A stretch of 64,000 nt of DNA from Nitrosopumilales archaeon (GCA_044507735.1 JBIQJB010000001.1:160001-224000), one strand, 5' to 3'. Counted from the first letter of the stretch, positions 1 through 10,319 are shown. Made by a program: numbers and translations. Notes: a model not told the origin generated them from the sequence alone.

Positions 1-241
1 CATGACGAGCGAAGGCAAGACGGTCGAGTTTTCGAATACAAAAAACAACAGGATGTTTGAAGAGGTCGTAAGAAGAGCAAGGGTACTCAGCACACTGCTA
101 AAGGATGGCAAGGTTCCAATAGTCGAACCATCTGAACTGTGCATTGACTGCAAGTATTATGAAAGATGCTACGCAAAGAAGCAGGTAAAAGACCAAAGCT
201 CAGGCTTTATCCTTGAAGAATTATTCAAGCCCAAGAAATAA
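1..241 (+). CDS. C-terminal part of a Cas4-like / PD-(D/E)XK Fe-S nuclease (5' truncated by window edge)
   Basis: P-x5-C-x2-C-x5-C motif (PIVEPSELCIDCKYYERC) typical of the Cas4/DUF83 C-terminus. Confidence 0.6.
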   Translation, partial: MTSEGKTVEFSNTKNNRMFEEVVRRARVLSTLLKDGKVPIVEPSELCIDCKYYERCYAKKQVKDQSSGFILEELFKPKK

Positions 242-260
242 TAAAAAAGGTTGACGCCGG

Positions 261-401
261 CTACCCTTCGTGACTTTCGGCGTGACCTTCTGCCCCTGAG
301 TAACCTAAACTATACCTTCTTGCCCTCGCGCCAAAAACAACGGCCGCCAGGAACACAAAGATACCTGTAGTCACCGCGAACATCATAGTTCCGTCTGCCA
401 T
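261..401 (-). CDS. Small single-TM membrane protein (46 aa)
   Basis: ATG at 401 preceded by an AT-rich TATA-like element; MADGTMMFAVTTGIFVFLAAVVFGARARR is a hydrophobic helix followed by basic residues. Confidence 0.6.
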   Translation of the reverse strand: MADGTMMFAVTTGIFVFLAAVVFGARARRYSLGYSGAEGHAESHEG

Positions 402-479
402 ACTACCACAGAGCCTCGCTCGAAACTTAATATCCTTATTGCATGGCAAATACCTAAGCAGGGATATTATCACAAAATC

Positions 480-1055
480 TTAGGGGAATGTCAGGCTGAA
501 CACGCCTTCACCCGGAGTCGTCTCAAAGTTGCCGCCCGTAACCCTGTAGATGTAGCTGCCCTCAACTAGGTATTGCGCGTTTCCTGCGACCATACTATCC
601 CAGGCATCAGCTACTAGGTTGTTCCTTTCTGTGACCCTAGTGTCTTTGAGTGTGATTGTGCTATTACCGACTATTGTGAACGTGCCTGCTTGGGACCCGA
701 CAAATCCTTCGGGGCTGACACCAATGTCGCCGGATGTCATGACGAAGTTGCCTACATGCAGCGTGTAATGAATCGTTTCAAGTATCATAGTTCCTCTGTT
801 CGGATTGTGGGCCGTAAAGACGACCTGTACGTTTGCGTTTCTGTCATCCGTCTTGCGTACAATGACATCTTGCAGGTTCAATTGCAGCTCTGCCGTCTGG
901 ACAGAAGGTGCTGAATTCTGCTGCTGCCCGCCCGGGAGCCCGATGTTCCCTGAACCCAAGACGAAAAAAATCACTATTGCAGCGACCCCGATACCGCCGC
1001 CTGCCACGTAAAGGGCCTTTGTATTCACGATATTTTTTCTCACCTTCATCCGCAC
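480..1055 (-). CDS. Membrane-anchored hypothetical protein, LEA_2/WHy-like beta fold
   Basis: N-terminal TM helix, then beta-rich domain with an NPN motif (AHNPNRG); true start may be near 1028. Confidence 0.7.
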   Translation of the reverse strand: MRMKVRKNIVNTKALYVAGGGIGVAAIVIFFVLGSGNIGLPGGQQQNSAPSVQTAELQLNLQDVIVRKTDDRNANVQVVFTAHNPNRGTMILETIHYTLHVGNFVMTSGDIGVSPEGFVGSQAGTFTIVGNSTITLKDTRVTERNNLVADAWDSMVAGNAQYLVEGSYIYRVTGGNFETTPGEGVFSLTFP

Positions 1056-1482
1056 TTTAAATCTGTCGATTAGAGTAGTGTTCAGAAGGGCTTGTCATTA
1101 TATCCGCTCTCTTTCCACGACAAGGCTCATGACCGCGCAAATGATAACTTGTGTTGGTCCATTAGGGGAATTCGAAGGAGGATGGGGAGGGAAGATGGAG
1201 TATTGTCATGCGACCTATTTGACTGCTGAAATGAGATTACCCACCCGCAAAAGATCGACGTTTGACGAATGCAGATTGAGGACCTGTCCGGTTGGGAAAA
1301 ACTTTATACAAATGAGCCGCTTGGCGAACCGTCAATCTACAGCTGCAAAAACAACATCTGCATCGTCAGCGTGGGCGTTGTTCCTATTCCGAGATTCGAT
1401 CAATGTCTTTTCATATCTCCATTGTTACTCTGTGAAGATTGAAGCAAATGCTTATACTATCTGGTCTTGAATTTGCTGTTGT

Positions 1483-1800
1483 TTGCAGTATCACAAGGCA
1501 GCACACATTGGGCAAGAGCGGGCCAGAAAGGCTCAGATGCGGCTGTTTGACTATACTGGCTTTGCGATGCTAACCTACACGATAAAGCAGGGAAAAGCTG
1601 GATTCGATCCGGTTGGTGAGGAAGATCTGGCGGGCAAGATGACGAGGGGAAGCGAGTCGATGCTCTTTATCTGTGACAAGGACGGCTATGCCAAGGCCCA
1701 ATCAAGGCCGATGCCGATCGAGCAGGGTGAAGCGATTTTCAAAAAGATGCTTGCAGATGGCATGCCAGAATATACTGGTGAAATCAAGACCGTCTCTTAG
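1483..1800 (+). CDS. Hypothetical protein
   Basis: 105-aa ORF with natural composition, TTG start, AT-rich element ~30 nt upstream. Confidence 0.7.
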   Translation: MQYHKAAHIGQERARKAQMRLFDYTGFAMLTYTIKQGKAGFDPVGEEDLAGKMTRGSESMLFICDKDGYAKAQSRPMPIEQGEAIFKKMLADGMPEYTGEIKTVS

Positions 1801-2108
1801 GGACCTCACTTGAGCATTTTGATGGGATGAACACACAACATCAATCTGATAAGTACACTATCAGCGATCATTATGCACGGGCCGCTTATCAGAAACCGCT
1901 ACGCCGCGTATGCACAACCTATCTAAAAAGAACAGTCGTCAAAGGAAATGGGTGCATGAATTACTCGTACCGTGAATTGTTCCTCCTAAAACAGGATTGA
2001 GATATAGTTCAAGGTTCCCGCTGCGAGGCCGCATAATGAAAAGATTGGCAGAATTCTCATATCGCCCTGCTGCCGGCCACCGAATGAAACCTCGATTTCC
2101 TGCGATGT

Positions 2109-2804
2109 CTATACTAGGATTCTCGTCCCTGTGACACTCCCCTCTATTGCGTTCTTGATGGTTGTCGGCTCTGACCTTAGCACAACTGTTGGTATCTTGC
2201 TCCGCTCTATGACCTTGAGCGCGACAATGTCCATAAGGTCGTAGGCACCGGCCGCCGAGTTCTCAGAGCTCAGGAGCTCCAGGCACTCTTTCACAGTGAT
2301 CTCTGTGAACATCTTGGCGTCCTTGTTCGCATTCGGGTCAGAATCGTAGATGCCATTGACGTCAGTCGCGTTCAGGAACATCCTTGCCTTGATTTTTTCG
2401 GCTATGAGGGCGGCGGTCGCGTTGGTGCTCTGTCCGGGGTGCAGGCCGCCGGTAACCAGTATCTTGCCGCCATCTGCTTCTGCAACAGCTCTGGCCACCT
2501 GCTCCAAGTCTGTCGGAACTATTGGATACGCGTGGTCTCCAAGTGCCGCCATCAGCAACTTGGCGTTGAGCCTGGATACCTCGATGCCCATTATGTCAAG
2601 CGATGCCTCATCAGACCCAAAACCTCTCGCAATGCCTATGTAGTGGCGGGCCACCTTGCCGCCGCCAGCAACTACCACAGGTTGCACCTGGTGTCCAACA
2701 ACGTCAAGCAACATGCGTGCATATTCTTTCAACTGGTAAGCAGCATCGTCTCCAAAGACCCTTCCTGAAAGTTTGATTACAACGCGATCTCTTTTAGTGG
2801 CCAA
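2109..2804 (-). CDS. pyrH: UMP kinase
   Basis: VIKLSG, VAGGG, GGLHPGQSTNA and ATDVNGIYDSDP motifs; TTG start at 2804 overlaps the upstream stop. Confidence 0.95.
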   Translation of the reverse strand: MATKRDRVVIKLSGRVFGDDAAYQLKEYARMLLDVVGHQVQPVVVAGGGKVARHYIGIARGFGSDEASLDIMGIEVSRLNAKLLMAALGDHAYPIVPTDLEQVARAVAEADGGKILVTGGLHPGQSTNATAALIAEKIKARMFLNATDVNGIYDSDPNANKDAKMFTEITVKECLELLSSENSAAGAYDLMDIVALKVIERSKIPTVVLRSEPTTIKNAIEGSVTGTRILV

Positions 2805-4056
2805 GCTTGCCCGCTCCCATGTACAATGTTTCCTGTTCTCCAAGCACCTTTTTAACGGATCGCTCGACTCTCTCGCGGTTCTCCGCGGTCGTGTAGACTC
2901 GGAGCATGTCAAAGAACCCTGAAATCGATTCCACAAGCGGAATCTCTGACACTGGCAGGTCGTATGCTCGACCCTTGTCAACCACAAGAATTGAATACAT
3001 CTCGTCCTTGCTAGGAGTCAGGGGCATCGAAGGTGCACGCGAGGCATCTACAAACACTTGATTCCTGTCAATTCCAGCAGCGTCAGCTACACGCGAAGCA
3101 GTAATTTGAAGTGCCTTTCTGTCCATCTTTTGCCTGTCGCGCTTGTGAAGAAATTTTTCATACACGCTCTTTAGCAGCCGCCTGTCGCGGTAGTTCTGGG
3201 CCAACTTGGCCGAAAATTCGTGCTTGGCATCAAGAGAGCAGAGACGTTCCAGCGTCGCCTCGTCTGTAAGTGAAAGATAGTCTGAAAGGGAAATATCATT
3301 CAACCCCAGTGCCTCACTGGCTGCAGTCATTGATCGGATAAGCATCACTTCGGCGGCACGCACGGTCTTGTGAAAGTATACCGCCTTGAACATTTCATAC
3401 CTGGAGATGAGCATAGACTCTAGCGAGTTGAGCGCCGACCTGTTGATTGCGAGCCTGTTCTTGTAAACTTCAAGCGAACTCACCAGCCTGTGATAGTCCA
3501 CCTTGGCGTATTCGGCGCCGGTGAAGAGCCCGTCGCGGGGCAAATAGTCCATGATGTCTGCAGACAAAGCGCCGGAAACGATCTCGTTCATGAAGTTCAC
3601 CTTTGACTGCCCAAACGATAGCTTGCAAATAACCTCTGCGCTGTGGCCATGCGAATTCAAAATGTCCACAATTTCTGTTCCCATGATTATCCTTCTTCCC
3701 ATTTCTTCGTGGCTCGTATTACAGCCGTATTCAAGCACTTCTTCAAAGAGGTGAGAAAACGGGCCATGACCTATGTCGTGGAGTAAAGCAGCCAGCCTGA
3801 GGTCCTGCACTTCTTCTGCATGGTCGATGTAACCCTTTGCAAGCAGCGCTTCTCCCGCAAGACCTGCCACGTGCATTGCCCCCAGCGAGTGTTCAAAGCG
3901 AGAGTGCTGGGCGCTAGGGTATACTAGGTGCGCGCCTGCAAGCTGGCGTATCCTGCGAAGGCGCTGGAATGCTGGGGTGTCTATAATGTCTTTCTCAACC
4001 GGCGAGAACCTGATGTACCGGTGCACTGGGTCGGTTATCTCGCCTGCAAACTCCAT
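2794..4056 (-). CDS. HD-domain phosphohydrolase (dNTP triphosphohydrolase/YwfO-like)
   Basis: FQRLRRIRQL, HSRFEHSLG, LLHDIGHGPFSH, DYLPRD and VYFHK motifs. Confidence 0.92.
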   Translation of the reverse strand: MEFAGEITDPVHRYIRFSPVEKDIIDTPAFQRLRRIRQLAGAHLVYPSAQHSRFEHSLGAMHVAGLAGEALLAKGYIDHAEEVQDLRLAALLHDIGHGPFSHLFEEVLEYGCNTSHEEMGRRIIMGTEIVDILNSHGHSAEVICKLSFGQSKVNFMNEIVSGALSADIMDYLPRDGLFTGAEYAKVDYHRLVSSLEVYKNRLAINRSALNSLESMLISRYEMFKAVYFHKTVRAAEVMLIRSMTAASEALGLNDISLSDYLSLTDEATLERLCSLDAKHEFSAKLAQNYRDRRLLKSVYEKFLHKRDRQKMDRKALQITASRVADAAGIDRNQVFVDASRAPSMPLTPSKDEMYSILVVDKGRAYDLPVSEIPLVESISGFFDMLRVYTTAENRERVERSVKKVLGEQETLYMGAGKLGH

Positions 4057-4082
4057 TGCCTTATCACTGCGTGGAAGAGGAC

Positions 4083-4676
4083 TTAAACTTTCAGCTCTTT
4101 TCTAACTATCTTCATGATTTCCTGGTGAACCTGTTCTTTGCTCTTTGAGCCGTCTATTACCTTCCATCTGAACTTCTTTGCAAATTTCAAATAATTCTTG
4201 TACGCCTTGGCTGCAAGCTGCTTATCTGACTCAAACGCATCAAGATTTTCTGCTCTCTCTACTGACATCTCCGGCCTTACCAGAATGACTATTACCAGAT
4301 CCTCCTTTGGCAGTCCCTTGTCAAGCTTTAGCAGCCAGCTTGCATCCATGCCATTTGAAGCTCCGTACACTAGGTTCGACTGCCAGTAGCGGTTCATAAC
4401 GACGATTGTGCCGCTCTCAACCATGCTTTCGATCTCCTTCTTTTTCTCCCACCTGTTTGCCGAGAAGAGCAGGTGCTTTGTTTCCGGGGGGTAGTCGCGC
4501 TTGCCATCAAGGAAGGCCTTTATCTCTGTCCCAATTGGCGTACTATAATCAGGAAAATCGACGACCACGGAAACCTTGCCAAGCGCCTTGACGGCTTCTG
4601 CGAGCATGCGGGACTGGGTTGTCTTCCCGGCTTTGTCGGTGCCTTCCAGCACTATTATCTTGCCCTTTGCTGCCAC
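4083..4676 (-). CDS. tmk: Thymidylate kinase
   Basis: EGTDKAGKTTQ P-loop, LLFSANRWE, NRYWQSNLVYG. Confidence 0.95.
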   Translation of the reverse strand: MAAKGKIIVLEGTDKAGKTTQSRMLAEAVKALGKVSVVVDFPDYSTPIGTEIKAFLDGKRDYPPETKHLLFSANRWEKKKEIESMVESGTIVVMNRYWQSNLVYGASNGMDASWLLKLDKGLPKEDLVIVILVRPEMSVERAENLDAFESDKQLAAKAYKNYLKFAKKFRWKVIDGSKSKEQVHQEIMKIVRKELKV

Positions 4677-5208
4677 CGTCGGGGGTTAATGAAAGCGTCA
4701 ATAAAAAGACATTGTTTGTCGGCAGCAGGTATGGCCCACCAAGAGTTGACGTCTTGTGAAAATACCGTCCTCCTGTGTCACCAGATGTGTGCTGAATCTC
4801 TGTTTTATCATGTGCCTTGGGAAATGCGTGGTTCTCCATGCTGTGCACTTTCTTTGGAGGTTCCTGCTGCTATTCTCTCCGTATTAGAGACGGTTCTCTT
4901 GGACACATTTGTGCGTGCATCTGATTGGTCAGCGCTGCTCAGCTTCCCGAAAAGCTTTGTCAAAATGGCAAACTGTGATCGTTTCTTTTCTATACAACCA
5001 AGCTGGTCTTCCAGCAGCATCAAATACTCCACCGCAGCTAGCCACGCGGTGGCTGAACTGGAGCCTCGCTGCTCTTGGCATACAATGAAAACAGCATCTA
5101 TCTTTCAGGGATATGATGTTGACCGATAGGTCACACACGTTACAAGAAGAAGTGTCGTCGGTGTCTTGGGCAGGGAGTTGCGTGACAGTCAGTGAATATT
5201 TTCCACGG

Positions 5209-5609
5209 CTATTCGCTGGCCCCTGGGGGCAATATCTTCGAGCCTCTGATGTGCTTGACGATAGTATGAATCAGTTCGTCCTTGCGCACCGGCTTGAGGA
5301 TAAAGTCATCGACCTGCTGTTTGGCAACACTTTGTCAACCTCTGACTTGTGGATCTCAAATGACGACATCAACACAACCTTGACGTCAGGATTAACCTGT
5401 CGCACACGCCTTGTAACTTCAAAGCCGGATATTCCCGGCATGCGTATGTCAGAGAGAACAAGGCCGTACTCTGTCGAGTACTGCCGCCAGTGGTCAAGCG
5501 CGGTCGCAGGACTTGTAAAGGCACTTACATTCATGTTGTTGCGAATTAGAATCTGCTTGATTACACGTGCCGTATCTTGATCATCGTCTATCACCAAAAT
5601 TCTTGTCAT
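5209..5609 (-). pseudogene. Stand-alone response-regulator receiver with a frameshift near 5318
   Basis: ILVIDDD...LSDIRMPGISG in one frame; the expected ending QVDDFILKPVRKDELIHTIVKHIRGSKILPPGASE* lies in another frame (stop at 5209). Confidence 0.8.
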
Positions 5610-5651
5610 TGGCCTTTTTGTGCTGGGTATATGGACTCCCCCGCCTACTGG

Positions 5652-6206
5652 CTACAGCAGCCTTCTGAAATGACTCGCTGCCATTGCCTGCTTTTGCTCC
5701 TCGGTCAAGGTGGCGTAGTCTCTGGCATGATATGCGCAAAACGCCTTTATCCTAACTCTCGGCTTTGGTGTTACCGAACTCTCGTATTGAAGCATTTCAG
5801 ATATCTTGCCATACATGAAAAATGAACCCATGTCGCCAAATGAGCAGACGCCTGCCTTGCCTTCTCTCTCTGCCCTTGTGACGAGAGACTTGCTAAGGTT
5901 GATGGTGCCTGAATGATCTTTGTCGCTCTGATAGCCCTTTACGGCATCGATAATCACAAGTGAGCCTTCTCTTTCATACCTGTCCACATCGACACCGTAG
6001 CTGCGCAGGTTATCTCTAACTCTATCTATTGGTTCGTAGTGAGACGCGATAAGCACAATTTCATCATATTTTGGATGGAGATGCTGCCTGACATACATGC
6101 AGTACATCTCGCGAAAAGCATCAAGGTCAGGATAGACCAGCAGATTGTGCTCATGAAAGCCTGAAGCCTCGATCATGATCTTTGCATCATCGCTCAAAGA
6201 TGTCAC
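5652..6206 (-). CDS. MEDS (DcmR sensory) domain protein
   Basis: HNLLVY...GVDVDRYEREGSLVIID...GDMGSF...YE...CAYH pattern of MEDS domains. Confidence 0.85.
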   Translation of the reverse strand: MTSLSDDAKIMIEASGFHEHNLLVYPDLDAFREMYCMYVRQHLHPKYDEIVLIASHYEPIDRVRDNLRSYGVDVDRYEREGSLVIIDAVKGYQSDKDHSGTINLSKSLVTRAEREGKAGVCSFGDMGSFFMYGKISEMLQYESSVTPKPRVRIKAFCAYHARDYATLTEEQKQAMAASHFRRLL

Positions 6207-6653
6207 GAGCGAAACAGTGACTTTACTGGCATATCAAGGTTGAGAGATTTCTCTTACAGAACGTGTATCGGTGTGATGGATGTTGGAGGAGCGGAGTCTC
6301 GGCCATTTTTTCTCGCGGCTTAAAATAATGATAGTATTAGTTGTTCCTTCCCTCAACTGGCTGGCTGGCTGCCTACATTAACCAGAAGCCATCTCCCTTT
6401 TATTATGTGCGCCATCTTTTCTTAGCTGCCCAATGATCATACTTTTCCTAGTTCATTATTGATGTCGATGTGCGCGTGGATGTATTGATGCCCATTGACA
6501 TGCTCATCCAAAAGATCTTGAGCATTATTTAGGATTGAGGAAGGTTCATGCCATTTTACGCGGTCTGGTGAGAGAGAATTTAATGCCAAAAACCAACAAA
6601 TTAAAATATTAACAGACTCTGTTAGGTCTAGTCTTGCGGAAGGTGTTTGCAGG

Positions 6654-7331
6654 TTGAAAGACGATAGATCGACTATTGCCATATTTGACACTTTTAAGAC
6701 CCGCAAGAACAAGTTTACCGGCGAGGCTAAGAGGCAGAGGGGCATCATTGCGCATCTGGCTACAGAGCAGAGCCCAGAGCTCCGCACAAGGACGTCCATA
6801 GCCCACTCAATAGCCAAGCAGCATGGCATCTTGTGGCAGAATATCTATTCGGGCATTTTCCGCGACCTTGACGAGGTACTGATACCGGCTGGTGTAGTGA
6901 AGGAAGGGGGCAGGCTGCCGTTGAGAAGGGGTCCAAAAGCGCTACAGCTTGAAGGTGTGCCCTTCTACGAGCTGACGGATGCTGGCATTCTGGTGGCGTC
7001 AGCAGTCGAAGAACTAGGAGATAAGCGTATGAAGCTTTTAGAGTCTTACGTCTCTTCCCTGCCGGCGAGCGACGCAGGCTCAACTGCAATGAAGGAAGGC
7101 CTGCTTCTCCTGATACCCGCCGCTCCGTCCTTTGTGACCAAGATAATCCGCGAATACATTTACGCCTACAGCACAGGCGAGATAGATAGCATTGCTCCGC
7201 TTGACGCCCGGAAGCTGAAATCGGTCATTGCCGAGCAGATAACCGTGGAAAAAGAGCTGGTGGAGGCCTTCATGATCATGAAGGCAAGCGACAAAGACTT
7301 GGTTACGAACTTTTTCAAAGTTCTGACCTAG
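6654..7331 (+). CDS. Hypothetical protein, putative winged-helix DNA-binding
   Basis: Helical N-half ending in a wing-like FYELTDAGILVA motif. Confidence 0.7.
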   Translation: MKDDRSTIAIFDTFKTRKNKFTGEAKRQRGIIAHLATEQSPELRTRTSIAHSIAKQHGILWQNIYSGIFRDLDEVLIPAGVVKEGGRLPLRRGPKALQLEGVPFYELTDAGILVASAVEELGDKRMKLLESYVSSLPASDAGSTAMKEGLLLLIPAAPSFVTKIIREYIYAYSTGEIDSIAPLDARKLKSVIAEQITVEKELVEAFMIMKASDKDLVTNFFKVLT

Positions 7332-7489
7332 CGGCCTTCTCCTCCGCATGAAGGGCAACGGTACTTTTTCTGCTTCCCCTTGCAGCCTTCACACCGCCAT
7401 ATGCGGGCGCTTCTGCACTTTGGACAGCTGAAACTTTCGGACAGCTCTCCCGGCCTTACTTCCTTTCCACAGGCGTTGCAGTTGGGCAT
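7328..7489 (-). CDS. Small zinc-finger protein (DUF1610/HVO_2753-like)
   Basis: Four CxxC motifs in 53 aa: CNAC, FSCPKC, RCEGC, YRCPSCGGEG. Confidence 0.85.
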   Translation of the reverse strand: MPNCNACGKEVRPGELSESFSCPKCRSARIWRCEGCKGKQKKYRCPSCGGEGR

Positions 7490-7783
7490 GTCATACGAAC
7501 CGGCATACATCTTGCTTGCGGCATATCCCTTGCCGGAGTATTTTTACTTTTATAAAATGCGAAGCCATCGCTAGCTTGCTGTCTGCGAATTGTTAATTAT
7601 TTGCGAGTGTACAAATGTGACTCTCCACTATCCCTGCTCTCTGAATTGACAAGAAAGAGCGCCAGTTTTTTCTCTGGAATTCTCTGGAATAATGAATATC
7701 ATGAGAATGTGTCGAATTTGATTAAAGCCATTGGCTTGAAATTCGTGTCACCGCATGCCCTTGATCCCACTCGACGAACGTAG

Positions 7784-7918
7784 GACATCGGTTGTTGTAG
7801 AGGACAAACGAAGCGATGGGATAGCAACCCCCAGTCCTCATGCAAGGATGGTCGTTGCATCAGAACTAGTCCACAGCCAGTTCCTGTTTGTCCTGACTGT
7901 CGACTACAAGCCAACGCC
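7784..7918 (-). ncRNA. Candidate structured non-coding RNA of unknown family
   Basis: Three nested long-range helices closing three internal hairpins; G-U pairs favour the minus strand; TATA element ~20-25 nt upstream. Confidence 0.45.
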
Positions 7919-7924
7919 ATCTAG

Positions 7925-7946
7925 CGAAAAATAAAGGATTTATAGC
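7925..7946. promoter_or_regulatory. TATA element, possibly bidirectional (hsp20 and divergent RNA candidate)
   Basis: gaaaaataaaggaTTTATAgc lies 22-27 nt before the hsp20 ATG; the reverse strand reads TATAAAT ~20 nt before 7918. Confidence 0.5.
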
Positions 7947-7965
7947 ATCTAGCGCAAGTTATGGC

Positions 7966-8352
7966 ATGGGCATTGGAGGATACATGGCAAGAGGTTTGGC
8001 GAAAGAGCTCGACAACAGGTCGAGGGAATTTTACGAGTTTGTGATGCCTGCCATAGATATGGTCGAAGACGGAAGCGATCTCGTCGTTACAATCGATCTC
8101 CCGGGATTTGACAAGAAGGATATTAACCTGAGGATAATCGGTAACGTCCTTTCGATAAGCGCCAAGAGAGCACAGGAAGAGGGCTTTGGCACCGTCTATT
8201 ACAAGCACAGACCAAACAAGATAGACAAGAAAGTGTGGCTGCCGATTTCTGTAAAGGATGAGGACAAGATTGTGGGCAAGGCCACATACGAAAACGGCGT
8301 GGTGACTCTGAGAGTACCAATACCAAAATCGACCAACATTCCGATAACGTAA
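7966..8352 (+). CDS. hsp20: Small heat-shock protein (Hsp20/alpha-crystallin)
   Basis: IDLPGFDKKDI and ATYENGVVTLRVP motifs. Confidence 0.93.
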   Translation: MGIGGYMARGLAKELDNRSREFYEFVMPAIDMVEDGSDLVVTIDLPGFDKKDINLRIIGNVLSISAKRAQEEGFGTVYYKHRPNKIDKKVWLPISVKDEDKIVGKATYENGVVTLRVPIPKSTNIPIT

Positions 8353-8691
8353 AAAAGTTGCCGGAACTGTATCCGGTTTTATTGCTTCTGGAGCCGGCAC
8401 TATCCTTCAAGCTCAAAGCGCGAGCTTGTGCATATGGCGACGGAGGTATGATTTTGGCTACACAGTGAAGCAACGATTCGTTCATGTTTTTCATCCCAAA
8501 CCGGCTGTTTTTTCTGCCATACGCCTGAGTCTCGTGCCAGCTTGGCCCTCAATGAGCAAGCATCACTTGATATTTCTGGAGTTGTTGCATAATTTTGGAT
8601 CTACAATTGATGTCAGATGTCGACCACTCGATCTAACTGCGCAATTCCTCACACTACTCTGCCGATGTTCGCGGGTTTCCTCGCGCTATTT

Positions 8692-10314
8692 CTATGTCTT
8701 CTTTTTCAGCGCGACAACAACAGCTGCAGCAGCTGCTGCAAAGCCACCATAAGACAGGTACGCATTGTACGGCAGCATTACTGCAGATCCTACAAACAGC
8801 GCTGACGCAATTATGCTTGAAGCCAGCACGCTACCGTTCCTGTCATGCCTCCAGCCATACGGTCCCTCTCCTCCCATCTCCAGGTACATTTTCAAAAGAG
8901 GAGCCACGTTCACTGAGTCCTGTATGCCTTTTGCAAACCTTTTCGCAGAGACCTTGATTTCCTCAATGTAGGCATCTCTTACCAACTCCTCCTCCTCAAG
9001 CAGGTTGGCAAGAACTCTGACAAATTGGAATGGCACCTTGTGGTGCTGGTAGATCCCTTCGAGGATAGAAGCCATGCGCATGTAGAGCGCCAAGTTCTTT
9101 GGCAGCTTGAATGGAAAGCGGCTCATCGTCTTGTTTGCAAGGTCTACAAGCGCCCTTACCTCCATCCTGTCGACCTCTTTGCCATGCATCGACTGGATCG
9201 AAAGCGCGATTCCGCGTTCGACTATATAGCGGTTCACTGTGGGCTCTAGCGTCCCAAGCTCTATCAGGACGTTGACCGTCCTTTCCGGATCCTTGTCTAA
9301 CAGGCCAAGGTAGAGTCGGATGAGTCTGATGCGCGTTTCCTGGTCGAGCTTGCCGACCATTCCAAAATCGTACAGGATAAGCCTGCCGTCGTCTGCAACT
9401 GATATGTTACCCGGGTGCGGGTCAGCGTGAAAAAGGCTGTGGCGCAATAGCATTTTGAAGAACAGCCTGTGAATGCGCACTACCAGCTTTTCCCTGTCGA
9501 TTCCCTTTTCTTCTAGCCTTGCAATGTCTGTTATCTTTATCCCTGGAATGTATTGCATCGTAAGGACATGCCGACTGGTACGTTCCATGAACACGTCTGG
9601 TATTACAACTGATGAGTCGTCGGCTAGGTTGCGCTTTATGGTGAGCAGGTTGTTGGCCTCAACTCTGTAATCCATCTCCTCGTGTATAGTCTCGATGAAC
9701 TGCGCCAGCATGCCCTCGGCAGAGAAGCGAAGGTTGGGGTCGATAAAGCGCGTTGCAAGCGGCATTATCTTTTTGAGAACGTAAATGTCGTCCTCGATTA
9801 TTCGCTCGATATTTGGCCTGCCGACCTTGACTATCACCTGCCTTCCAGCATACTTTGCTACGTACACCTGTCCAAGCGATGCACCGGAAAGCGGGGCAGT
9901 ATCAAATTCTTCAAACACATCCTCGATCTTGCCCAGCTCCGCCTCTATTATCGGCCTTATCTCGTCGAAAGGCGCAGGTGGCACCTCATCCTGTAGTTTC
10001 GCAAGTACCTCCAGGTAGGGTTGTGGCAATATATCTACACGGGTTGATAGCCACTGGCCCAGCTTGATGTATGACGGTCCGAGATCAATGAATGTCTTGA
10101 GCGCCTTGCGGGCGTGGCGGCGGTATTTCTCTTCGTCAACATTCTTACCCTCCTTCTTGACCCACTCTCTCCTGTCCTTCCTGAAGTTAATTACAATGGG
10201 CAACAGCTTTAGCATCACTTTTGCAACGTGTAGCTTGGAAGGGTGGGGAAAAGAAGTCTCCTTCTGCTGCTTTTCATCGACACCCTCCTTTCCCAGTTGC
10301 ACAGGATGCTCCAT
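8692..10314 (-). CDS. ABC1/UbiB family atypical kinase
   Basis: LGPSYIKLGQWLSTR, ASLGQVY, FHADPHPGN, YDFGM; C-terminal TM segments. Confidence 0.93.
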   Translation of the reverse strand: MEHPVQLGKEGVDEKQQKETSFPHPSKLHVAKVMLKLLPIVINFRKDRREWVKKEGKNVDEEKYRRHARKALKTFIDLGPSYIKLGQWLSTRVDILPQPYLEVLAKLQDEVPPAPFDEIRPIIEAELGKIEDVFEEFDTAPLSGASLGQVYVAKYAGRQVIVKVGRPNIERIIEDDIYVLKKIMPLATRFIDPNLRFSAEGMLAQFIETIHEEMDYRVEANNLLTIKRNLADDSSVVIPDVFMERTSRHVLTMQYIPGIKITDIARLEEKGIDREKLVVRIHRLFFKMLLRHSLFHADPHPGNISVADDGRLILYDFGMVGKLDQETRIRLIRLYLGLLDKDPERTVNVLIELGTLEPTVNRYIVERGIALSIQSMHGKEVDRMEVRALVDLANKTMSRFPFKLPKNLALYMRMASILEGIYQHHKVPFQFVRVLANLLEEEELVRDAYIEEIKVSAKRFAKGIQDSVNVAPLLKMYLEMGGEGPYGWRHDRNGSVLASSIIASALFVGSAVMLPYNAYLSYGGFAAAAAAVVVALKKKT

Positions 10315-10319
10315 GTTCT

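Noticed and set aside
1078-1470. 130-aa ORF in the spacer, and similar ORFs at 4473-5129, 19394-19796, 39871-40297
   Set aside because: Cys/Arg/Ser-rich, no motifs; likely spurious.
7699-7920. 73-aa ORF, and a hammerhead reading of the same region
   Set aside because: Protein composition is unnatural; the core is CUGAUGC with no GAAA, so it is not a hammerhead.
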